DNA of 64,000 nt from Candidatus Obscuribacteraceae bacterium (lineage in GTDB: Bacteria > Cyanobacteriota > Vampirovibrionia > Obscuribacterales > Obscuribacteraceae): contig JBGAHS010000001.1 of the NCBI GenBank assembly GCA_044226015.1, positions 1,152,001 through 1,216,000 on the forward strand, written 5' to 3'. The notes under the pieces are model-generated. The model did no database searches. It was not told the DNA's origin and saw only the letters and a list, made by a program, of their open reading frames with translations. A program made the position numbers and the translations under genes. Positions 39,223 through 47,082 of this stretch are shown here, in pieces; the stretch's first letter is position 1; the number at the start of each line of letters is the position of its first letter.

Positions 39223-40851
39223 CTAATTCCCGTAGGAGTAGAATTTAGAGTTCGGATCCCACTGTTGTTGCTGGGTTCCAGCCAGTTCTTGAAAAATATT
39301 CTCAGTCACAAGCATGCTCTCTCCACTCTGCTGGGTTGTATAACTCGCAGGTAGGATTAGCCTCTTGCTTTGAACTGGATGAGCAAACGTCAAAATCGAA
39401 GCGTCAAAAATGTCTGGTGATTTTCCGAGCTCCGCTTTGATCTCTTCCTTGCTCACCAACTTGAACTTGCCACCATCGGCTGCATATTCAAGATCGGGCA
39501 CCATTCTGATATCACGGAGAAACTCTTCTTTGTCTGGAACCCGCGCGACACCACCCATGGAGCTGGGTCCTTCTTCAATCCAGTCTTGGAAGTTCCCAGC
39601 CATTTCTGCACGCTTGTTGAAGTAAAGCATAGGATTATTTGGCTTTCCACCAAAGTGGACGCCAGTAATGTTGAAGAATCCTAGTGTGCGGATCAGGTGA
39701 TAAGTGCCATGACCATAACCCATGTCGATAAAGACATGGTCGACACCGAGCTTATGCACTCGGTCAAGAACAATGTTTGCAAGAGTAACGTCGTCCATTT
39801 TGTTAAAGACTTCGTAGTCTGTGATCACGTACCCTTGCCGGTAGACTAGCGCCGTTCTATCACCTTTGCCTGCCGGGTCTACGCCAAGAATCAAAGGGAG
39901 TGCCGGATTAGGAACGCTCTGGCTGTTGATTGCATTGAGCAAGACAACGGAATCGATTAGCTTTCCTTCTGCGCTACTAAAGGCTTCTTCGAAGGTAAGA
40001 GGGTACTCTCTCTGAAAAGCCGTGAGATTGCCGCGCATTTGATCATGGAGCTTGACGTGTCTCCAGTAGATTTGTTGCATGTCCAGCCCGTGTTCTTTCA
40101 TGAGCTGGACTTCTTCCGAATCAGGCACCCACTTTGGTGGAGGGGGAAGCCTGTATTCAGGCATCTCATTAAAACCGAAGAACGCTGTAAACCAGGAAGA
40201 CTTGGAATTCTTGTAGCCCTTCTTCGCTATCTCGTGGAAATAATTACCTTCACCGCCACTGGTGCTCTCCCCTATCATGATCGCACCTTCTTCAGCAGAA
40301 GCATGAGCTTGCATAGCGCCCTCTTGAACGTCCATGACATGGCGGTTCCTGAAACGACCCAACTCAGACAAATGCAAAATCAAACAAGGGAATCCGCGCC
40401 CGCTGTCTGTTCCAGCAGTGCCAACAGATATTTCAGAGTCATTCTTCCAAGAGATTTTGTAATCGTTGTTCTGGGTTGTTTCCATCTTCATTTCAGATGG
40501 CATCTTCTCTTGAAACCGTTTCAGGTTTTCGAAGACTTCAGTGGAGACTTTTGCCCTGTGGGTGAGAATGAGCGTCTTAAGACCCTCGATGTTATAACTC
40601 ATGTGAAACTCTGCCGAGTTAAACAAAGTCGTTGACATAATCTGACGTGGCTTCACCACAACGATATTGGCTCTCTTCCTCACTTCTAAGAGCTTTTGCA
40701 TGAGAAACAAAAGCCGAAGCTGAATGAGCGTAAAGCAGAGAGTCTTAAGCCCTGCGCCTTTAACGGTTATCTTGTAATGCTGATTCGCCACATGTGGCAG
40801 CGTCTTCAATGAATTCAGCATCAACTGTAATGTACTTGCCGAGCCGCTCAT
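39223..40851 (-). CDS. terL: Terminase large subunit
   Basis: KPRQIMSTT (Walker A-like), LHLSE (Walker B), GESTSGG, QREYP...EAF, GVDPAGKGD, NKRAEM, SPDIFDA. Confidence 0.92.
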   Translation of the reverse strand: MSGSASTLQLMLNSLKTLPHVANQHYKITVKGAGLKTLCFTLIQLRLLFLMQKLLEVRKRANIVVVKPRQIMSTTLFNSAEFHMSYNIEGLKTLILTHRAKVSTEVFENLKRFQEKMPSEMKMETTQNNDYKISWKNDSEISVGTAGTDSGRGFPCLILHLSELGRFRNRHVMDVQEGAMQAHASAEEGAIMIGESTSGGEGNYFHEIAKKGYKNSKSSWFTAFFGFNEMPEYRLPPPPKWVPDSEEVQLMKEHGLDMQQIYWRHVKLHDQMRGNLTAFQREYPLTFEEAFSSAEGKLIDSVVLLNAINSQSVPNPALPLILGVDPAGKGDRTALVYRQGYVITDYEVFNKMDDVTLANIVLDRVHKLGVDHVFIDMGYGHGTYHLIRTLGFFNITGVHFGGKPNNPMLYFNKRAEMAGNFQDWIEEGPSSMGGVARVPDKEEFLRDIRMVPDLEYAADGGKFKLVSKEEIKAELGKSPDIFDASILTFAHPVQSKRLILPASYTTQQSGESMLVTENIFQELAGTQQQQWDPNSKFYSYGN

Positions 40852-41227
40852 CTTCTATCTTCCTTGCTTCTTCAATTCGCAAATCAACATCTGTCTTTCT
40901 CTCTAGCAAGACTTCTTGAACGTCTTTGAGTGTATAAGAAATTTGTTCTGTCTTGACCTGGACGGTCGGCTTACCCCAGCCTCGATCAAGAATCTGCTTT
41001 GCGGCCTCCAGCCTGGTTGAAGGATCGACAAGTGGATTCTCCATGATTTTCATCATCACGTCGAAGGCTTCCTGCGTTTTCTCTTGGGCCAGCTTTTTGA
41101 TTGAGTACGGGTTTTTTGGAACCGGCTCCACTTTTGCAGGCAATGCGGGAGCAGACTCGATGAGTGCGTCAACCTGCTCCACGAGTTCGGGATTGAAAGC
41201 CGCAAAAATATCCAGCTCATCAGCCAT
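40760..41227 (-). CDS. Probable terminase small subunit
   Basis: TRLEAAKQILDRGWGKP motif; immediately upstream of and overlapping terL. Confidence 0.65.
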   Translation of the reverse strand: MADELDIFAAFNPELVEQVDALIESAPALPAKVEPVPKNPYSIKKLAQEKTQEAFDVMMKIMENPLVDPSTRLEAAKQILDRGWGKPTVQVKTEQISYTLKDVQEVLLERKTDVDLRIEEARKIEDERLGKYITVDAEFIEDAATCGESALQDNR

Positions 41228-41504
41228 AGACTTCTACACCATCTTTCGGTTTCGGTGGTGCTATTGGACGGAGAGCCAGCACTGTCTTGAGTGCAGTAAG
41301 AAGATTCAGGACTCCAGCTTCTGGGATAGCGATCCCCTTTCGACCAGGCTTCCAAATGTTTTCTTTCTTGCAGAAAAACCAGTACCGTATGTGGAGGTAA
41401 GCTTCGCCTCTGAATTCTTCCCAATAGCAATAGAGCCTGCCAACTGATGATTCTGTCAGCAAAACTTTGTCGTCCATTACTAACCCCCATAGTACGAGTC
41501 GCAA
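41220..41504 (-). CDS. PC4/p15-like ssDNA-binding protein
   Basis: EEFRGEAYLHIRYWF...WKPGRKGIAI. Confidence 0.75.
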   Translation of the reverse strand: MRLVLWGLVMDDKVLLTESSVGRLYCYWEEFRGEAYLHIRYWFFCKKENIWKPGRKGIAIPEAGVLNLLTALKTVLALRPIAPPKPKDGVEVYG

Positions 41505-41548
41505 TTATAAAATTGCATGGAGGCTTATTTGTTGTCAAACGAATCTTG

Positions 41549-41941
41549 CTAAGAGTTTGCCGGCGGGAATCCACAGTCCACAGGAGCGCCTAAGTGCTTA
41601 AACAAATCATCGCTCCTGCTCGAAAACGCTGACGCTCGTTCGTGCAGAATGGGAACACCAAGAATGGTAGAAGTTCCGTCAACAACGCTTGGAGTAATTA
41701 CATACTCATCTGTGTCTTTCTTCTCAACTAACAGCTTTTTGAAATCTTCGGGATGGATCAAAATAGCAACGTCTATTTGTCCTTGAGTAGCATTGCGAGA
41801 TACAGCAACATGCTTCACTCTTCCTTGCGGAATTATTCCTTGAGGAATTGAGTAAAAGAGGCTCTGAATCTTATCAAATATTCTCATTGAGCTGCACGCG
41901 GGTATCGGTTGCACAGGGCTGTCTGTCGAAGCACTAAGCAT
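41549..41941 (-). CDS. Phage hypothetical protein (start uncertain)
   Basis: ORF at the head of the late operon; IHPEDF...ILGVPI. Confidence 0.45.
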   Translation of the reverse strand: MLSASTDSPVQPIPACSSMRIFDKIQSLFYSIPQGIIPQGRVKHVAVSRNATQGQIDVAILIHPEDFKKLLVEKKDTDEYVITPSVVDGTSTILGVPILHERASAFSSRSDDLFKHLGAPVDCGFPPANS

Positions 41942-42378
41942 AGTATCACTGAAAACAAAAATCAAATTTTCCTATGGCGGCGGACACATGGTATTCATCA
42001 CGCGCGAAGCCACCCGCCTGGGGATCGCCATAGGGGGTCGGCTGGAAATTCAGACCCCACCTGGCAATGACGAGCTTGGGAAAGCCCAGTGGTTCTAAGC
42101 CCCCTCTGCCCTAAGACCTGTCTTTTAGAAACACCGTGTTATAGCACAGTGTTAGCGCTAACCTGATTACAACCGGTTCAAGCCTTGGTACTACACAGGC
42201 TTCTTTAATTAAAAGGCTGATGAATTGGCTAACCAGAGAGATATGGTTAGGAAGTGGCACGTTGGATAGGGCGTTGCAGCTGTTTTGACCTAAACCAAAG
42301 TAGTCGAATTTAAATGAGTGAAGATCCTCAAGCATTAACACTCTGTCCTATCAATGTGTATAGAGATGTAGCTCTAAG

Positions 42379-42588
42379 AAAAAAAAAAAAAAAAAGAGTT
42401 TATATGGTTAGTTGCTCTCTATAGAGCTATGACAAGGCTTTCGACTGACACACTGCTAGATGGACTGTTGTGGACTGTTGGACGGTTCGTTTCTCTATAG
42501 GGGAACAGTCCTGGATTCTTATGAACAGTCCACTTACCTATGGACGGTTGCTTCTCTTGTCTCGCAATGCTTTGCTGTTAACCGTCCA
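42379..42588. repeat. A17 tract plus seven TGGAC(T/G)GTT motifs in both orientations (candidate replication origin)
   Basis: A17 at 42379..42395; forward copies at 42461, 42471, 42479, 42541; reverse copies at 42504 (8/9), 42524, 42580. Confidence 0.6.
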
Positions 42589-42776
42589 ATTATTCTTTAG
42601 TGTTTATAGGGCTGATTCGATTCGTTTACACAGTGCAAGAGAAGTGTAACGGAGTGACACAGTGATAAGAGCGCGGTGTTAATGCAATGCGTTCTGGGTT
42701 CACTTGACACAGTGTATATCCACCGTGTTAAATACTCTTATTGTTAACACATTGAACCAGCAGCGTGTGAGGAAGT

Positions 42777-43463
42777 ATGAAAGCTAAGCATGACAAATTG
42801 ATCGCTTTGACCAGGGCGTCGAGAACGACACAAGCAGAATCACCCGCGACTCAAATCAAAAAGATTGAGGAATTTTGTGAAAAGCAGAATTGCCAGATAG
42901 TTGGCAAGATGAATGCATTCGAATCTCGCAAGAAAGCTAATAGAGATACCGTGAAGGTTGCACTTGAAGAAATAAGAGCCGGCAAGGCTAATGGAATCAT
43001 TTGCACTCGCCTTGACCGCCTTGCAGGTAACCTGCTGGAGCTGCTGAAGATTGGTCAACAACTGGACGAGCACAGAGCAGTTTTTGTATGCACTGACCAA
43101 AACATAGATACTCGCACTCCTGAAGGTAAACTCTTCTTTCACATGCTTGGAGCCATTGCCGAGTTTGAACACGGATTGATTACCGCGCGCATAAAAGACG
43201 GCAAGGCTCATGCAAAGGCTGAGGGTAAATTTGCTGGTGGCTCAGTTCCGTTTGGCTACGATGTTGTGAAGACTGCTCCAAAAGAAGTTGGAAGGCTGGT
43301 TGAAAAGCCTGAAGAGCAAAGGATTATCAGGCAGATAATCAAATGGAGAGATACCGACAATTGCTCTTACCAGGCTATTGCTGATTTCCTGACTGAACAA
43401 ACGGGTAAAACCTGGCATAGGAATCAAGTGGTTAGAATCTATGAACGAGCCTCAGAGAAATAG
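42777..43463 (+). CDS. Serine recombinase (resolvase/invertase catalytic domain with short C-terminal recombinase-like region)
   Basis: TRAS..Q, RLDRL, IDTRTPEGKLFFHMLGAIAEFE...I..R, G...GG.VPFGY. Confidence 0.9.
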   Translation: MKAKHDKLIALTRASRTTQAESPATQIKKIEEFCEKQNCQIVGKMNAFESRKKANRDTVKVALEEIRAGKANGIICTRLDRLAGNLLELLKIGQQLDEHRAVFVCTDQNIDTRTPEGKLFFHMLGAIAEFEHGLITARIKDGKAHAKAEGKFAGGSVPFGYDVVKTAPKEVGRLVEKPEEQRIIRQIIKWRDTDNCSYQAIADFLTEQTGKTWHRNQVVRIYERASEK

Positions 43464-43465
43464 CT

Positions 43466-43765
43466 CTATTCCTGCTTCTTTCTTCGCTTCTTTTTCTCTT
43501 TCTCTTGCGGTTTCTCGATGAAAGGGTCCTGCTTCTCGATATTCAGTCGATCCATGATAGGTCCGAGAAGCCGCCCCCTTAAAATGCATTCGCACCAGGA
43601 GCAGACCCAGTATTTAGTATCCTCTTCGTTTGGTGATGTATATTGTCCGCATGACGAGTTGCCACAGGTCTGCTTTGTGCAATAGATGCAGATTCGAAAG
43701 CGTCCGCTTTTGATCTCGCCAAGGCACCTCTGACAAATTCTGGAATAGTTTCTTCTCTTAGCCAT
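43466..43765 (-). CDS. Small multi-Cys zinc-finger protein with basic tail
   Basis: CQRC, CIYC, CGNSSC, CSWC; start set at MAKRR. Confidence 0.55.
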   Translation of the reverse strand: MAKRRNYSRICQRCLGEIKSGRFRICIYCTKQTCGNSSCGQYTSPNEEDTKYWVCSWCECILRGRLLGPIMDRLNIEKQDPFIEKPQEKEKKKRRKKQE

Positions 43766-43789
43766 GACGGCGTTATACCCAGAAAGACC

Positions 43790-43823
43790 AAAAGAGACCG
43801 CACTCATTGAAAACGGTCTCTTT
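43790..43823 (-). terminator. Hairpin downstream of integrase
   Basis: AAAGAGACCG/CGGTCTCTTT inverted repeat with T-run. Confidence 0.55.
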
Positions 43824-43846
43824 ATCAGTCGGAATGATGGCTATTT

Positions 43847-44737
43847 CTAAGCGTTTCTACGCTGATGTCGGTACGAGAACAAAGCGTCCATTGCTTTTGT
43901 CATAGCGCTGATAATAGGCTGCCTATCAGCACGAGCATAGATTAGAGTTGAACGCGGGTCTCTGTGATTGAGCGTCTTTTGAATAATTGCTAGAGATGCG
44001 CCCGTTCTAAGCATCCAGCTTCCTAGCGTTCGCCTGAGATCGTGAATGCGCAAATCGTTCAGTCCAGCACGGGCAACAATGTCATACCAAGTTTTTCGAG
44101 GGTTCTGCATGTGACCCTGACCTCGAGCCCCAGGAAAAACGTACACCGCTGTATCTTTGAACGCAGAACGATTTCTCAGCAGGGTTATAGCTTCCGGAAG
44201 CAATGGCACAATGTACGGATCTCCATTTTTCGAATCCTGGGTTATCCAGATGCCTTGCTCAAGGTCAATCTCGCTCCACTTCATAGCTTTGACCGTGCCA
44301 GACCTGGCTGCTGTGTAGACGCAGATATAGAGAAAGTCTCTAACGGTTCTACTCTCGCACGAATCAATTGCAGCGAACAGCGGCTCAACTTCATCTGGAA
44401 GCAGAAAGCGATCTCTGCTCCGCAGGCGAAACTTTTTTATTCTCTGAGCCGGATTACTACCGGCATACAAATCCCAGTCCAACATGCGGTTGTAGACGCT
44501 ACTAATAACTTCGATTGCTCTATTTGCTGCTGTCCTTCCAGCGGAGTTTCCGATCTCAGTGTGAAGAACTTGCAATTCGTAACGACTGATTGTGTGTAAT
44601 TTGCGTTTTTCGAGATTCTTCAAGTAGCGATTTCTCAGTCCGATTACTTCGTGAAAACTCTTCAAATGCTCTTTCGCATATTTTGCATAAAGGTCGAAGG
44701 CTTCACCGAATGTTGTTAGTTTGGTTACTTTTTGCAT
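43847..44737 (-). CDS. int: Tyrosine recombinase / phage integrase
   Basis: Catalytic R (TAAR), K (SKNG), HDLRR, LNH, Y (LIYA); next to attR. Confidence 0.93.
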   Translation of the reverse strand: MQKVTKLTTFGEAFDLYAKYAKEHLKSFHEVIGLRNRYLKNLEKRKLHTISRYELQVLHTEIGNSAGRTAANRAIEVISSVYNRMLDWDLYAGSNPAQRIKKFRLRSRDRFLLPDEVEPLFAAIDSCESRTVRDFLYICVYTAARSGTVKAMKWSEIDLEQGIWITQDSKNGDPYIVPLLPEAITLLRNRSAFKDTAVYVFPGARGQGHMQNPRKTWYDIVARAGLNDLRIHDLRRTLGSWMLRTGASLAIIQKTLNHRDPRSTLIYARADRQPIISAMTKAMDALFSYRHQRRNA

Positions 44738-44886
44738 GAAATCACTCCCAGGGATACCACTTGAAATGGTGATGGTCGAATCTGAAATTTTTCTGGCGAG
44801 GCTCCCGCATTGAGCTACGTGGTATTTCCCTCACAAAATCGTGTAGCCCGAAAGTGTGTGGTAGCGCTAGTTTTCGGACGGGTTGA

Positions 44887-44913
44887 CAGGTTCAAATCCT
44901 GTCGTCCCGATTC
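44887..44913 (+). repeat. attR core (duplicated tRNA-Pro 3' end)
   Basis: Identical to 3627..3653; 150 bp from the integrase start. Confidence 0.95.
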
Positions 44914-45127
44914 TATAAATTGAACGTTCCGACACTGTTGTGCTTCGCGACGTATTTAATAGCATCGGTCCTTGCGTGACTCGTTTTCTCGGACCTGAAT
45001 TAGTTGTCGGCGGCGTGTTTGTTTCGCAAAATGTATTATTCGCGCAGTGTTCGTCCTGGCGCGACGCTTTCTTTGTTGCGTAGTTTTTGAGACTAGTTCG
45101 TTCAGTGCTGAATCAACTTTAGGCTGG

Positions 45128-45895
45128 TCACAAAGGCTGCTTTGTCGGCTGCAGCTCGGCTGCAAGGTCCATTCCTAATTTATTGAGAGGTTCGAGCAGG
45201 TCTTCTGGCAAAGAAGCGCGCAGAGTGAGTAGCGCACCATTCGGATGTTTCACATCAAGCTGAATCGCATGGAGAGCCATGCGCTCTAAGCCATACTCGT
45301 CTTTGAAGAATCTATTGATTTCGCCTTTTCCATAGCGAACGTCGCCGATGATGGGGTGGCTGATGTGTTTTAGATGCCGGCGGATCTGATGCAGTCTCCC
45401 TGTAACGGGTTCGGCAAGTACAAGTGACCATCGGTCTTTGTGAGCGAGCACGCTGAATTTTGTAACGGCAGGAACCCTTTTGCTTTTCTTGCTTTTCTCT
45501 TTTGGAACTGGATGGTCAACGAGTTGGTCTTCTCTCATCGGACCCCGAACCAACGCTATGTATTTTTTCTGAAAGCGCTGTGCTTCTATTTCCTCTTGAA
45601 TGAAGCGAGCCGTCTCTGCGTTTTTTGCGAATAGAAGAACCCCGCTCGTGCCTCGGTCAAGACGATGTATTGCGTGCACCTGAGCGTGTGTTATCTGGTC
45701 GCGCACAATGTCCGAAACAGTTTCGGAATCAAGACCCCACCCGCGGTGCACAATCATTCCTGCTGGTTTTGAAACAGCAATAAGGTAGTCGTCTTCATAT
45801 ATTACTTCGATAAGGTCTGGCATTGCAGCTCGGTTAGCTTTGTGATTGAAATCGCCTATTACGTAGAATTGGTCGAAATCAACGGGGGCAACCAT
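45128..45895 (-). CDS. RluA/TruC-family pseudouridine synthase (true start may be ATG at 45823)
   Basis: KPAGMIVH, HRLDRGTSG, TGRLHQIRRH, HPIIGDVRYG, LHA. Confidence 0.9.
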   Translation of the reverse strand: MVAPVDFDQFYVIGDFNHKANRAAMPDLIEVIYEDDYLIAVSKPAGMIVHRGWGLDSETVSDIVRDQITHAQVHAIHRLDRGTSGVLLFAKNAETARFIQEEIEAQRFQKKYIALVRGPMREDQLVDHPVPKEKSKKSKRVPAVTKFSVLAHKDRWSLVLAEPVTGRLHQIRRHLKHISHPIIGDVRYGKGEINRFFKDEYGLERMALHAIQLDVKHPNGALLTLRASLPEDLLEPLNKLGMDLAAELQPTKQPL

Positions 45896-45980
45896 ACACT
45901 CTTGAAACTGTACGTGATTCAGATCTCGCGTTTGTTTGGAGTTCTATTATCAGAGTATCACTACGGTTGAGGATAAACCA

Positions 45981-46343
45981 ATGAAGAAATCACTCTTAGC
46001 ACTTGCACTCGTTCTTCCTTTTATTTCAATTCCACAAGCTCAATCTGCTGAACTTTCGGAATATATGCAAGACACGCTAATGTTGCCGGTTCGTGGGGCT
46101 GCCATTGTGTCTGCATTGGGCGTAACAATGCCAAAACGAGCTATTCGAGGCGCGCTAACTGCAGCCAAAGATATGGCTCCTGAGTCTGGTCCAGACACTG
46201 TCGTTTTCGAATATGCTGCTGTTCCGTTGGGATTTGCTGCAGGTGCTCTGGCAGGTTCTGTTGCTGTCGATGACACCGGCAGTACTATCAACAAGGCTTG
46301 GGATAAGCCATTCTCAAATGAATCTTTCAACATCGATCAATAA
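45981..46343 (+). CDS. Secreted hypothetical protein
   Basis: GAGGA RBS; MKKSLLALALVLPFISIPQAQS signal peptide. Confidence 0.65.
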   Translation: MKKSLLALALVLPFISIPQAQSAELSEYMQDTLMLPVRGAAIVSALGVTMPKRAIRGALTAAKDMAPESGPDTVVFEYAAVPLGFAAGALAGSVAVDDTGSTINKAWDKPFSNESFNIDQ

Positions 46344-46430
46344 TTTTAGATAGTGAGAGTCTGTCCTGAAGTCAACGATTCCTGGGGAGATACCGGATAA
46401 TTCAACTCTGAAATGATATGGACTATCTAG

Positions 46431-46458
46431 AGGGAGGCACCAATTGCGGTGCCTCCCT
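46431..46458. terminator. Hairpin between convergent genes
   Basis: AGGGAGGCACC/GGTGCCTCCCT perfect 11-bp stem. Confidence 0.7.
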
Positions 46459-46462
46459 TCTC

Positions 46463-46924
46463 TTAGCTGAAATTCAGTGCTGATGGGGGGATGCTTGCGA
46501 CAACTCCATTCTTTATTTCAAATTCTGCAAGTGATTGGCTGTTTGAGCCTATGCCAGGAACTTGATTGAACATATGCAAAAGCATCAAGGGTACAAGAAC
46601 TTTTGCTTTGACGATGTTCAGTTGTTGCTCGAAGGAGCGATTAGACCGGTCGTCTAGCTTTGGGGCAAAAAATTTTGCGCTTGCGGCTGTATTCCCCGAA
46701 AATCCTGTGGATTCAGGAGATTTGAGGTGAGTTGGCTCGAATTGGTTTTGAAGCTTTGAATTCAGGAGGTTTTTATGGCTAAAGCCCTGTCCCTCTGCCA
46801 TTGTTGGACCTACGGCGCTCTTGCTATCGTTAGTCTGAACAAGGTTTTTCGGCGCTTCTGCCAAACAAACGTTTGCTGATTCTTGAGCAGGACATTTCTT
46901 GCAATTGAATGCTGAAGGTAACAT
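46463..46924 (-). CDS. Hypothetical protein
   Basis: Near-consensus promoter and GAGG RBS upstream, hairpin directly downstream. Confidence 0.5.
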   Translation of the reverse strand: MLPSAFNCKKCPAQESANVCLAEAPKNLVQTNDSKSAVGPTMAEGQGFSHKNLLNSKLQNQFEPTHLKSPESTGFSGNTAASAKFFAPKLDDRSNRSFEQQLNIVKAKVLVPLMLLHMFNQVPGIGSNSQSLAEFEIKNGVVASIPPSALNFS

Positions 46925-46958
46925 TTGCTTCGCCTCGGTTGAAGGTGTCGATAGGTTT

Positions 46959-46987
46959 ATAGTAGACCGGTCGGTCTAGTTCGTCAA
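46959..46987 (-). promoter_or_regulatory. Sigma70 promoter TTGACG-17-TACTAT with palindromic operator TAGACC-N4-GGTCTA
   Basis: Read on the minus strand; palindrome at 46963..46978 lies between -35 and -10. Confidence 0.7.
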
Positions 46988-47082
46988 GCCCTGATTTGCT
47001 TAAATCGATAACATCTTCATTGGAGTGGCAGTTTAGGTATGACTAAAGCTCGCTGCTAATGCAGTCCAAGCAGGCTACTGGT

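Larger units (their letters stand above)
3627..44913. mobile_element. Temperate podovirus-like prophage, ~41.3 kb, apparently complete
   Basis: 27-bp att direct repeats at both ends; integrase, terminase, portal, capsid, tail tube, fibre, lysis and replication genes, with no obvious disruption. Confidence 0.95.

Noticed and set aside
42111..42341. 76-aa minus-strand ORF
   Set aside because: No convincing RBS or motif; lies in a motif-rich, probably non-coding control region.
42777..43463. Serine recombinase as part of an IS607 or Tn3-type transposon
   Set aside because: No adjacent TnpB or transposase, no N-terminal MerR-like HTH, and no terminal inverted repeats seen.
44887..44913. Second tRNA gene
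   Set aside because: Only the T arm and 3' acceptor strand are present; it is the att duplication.
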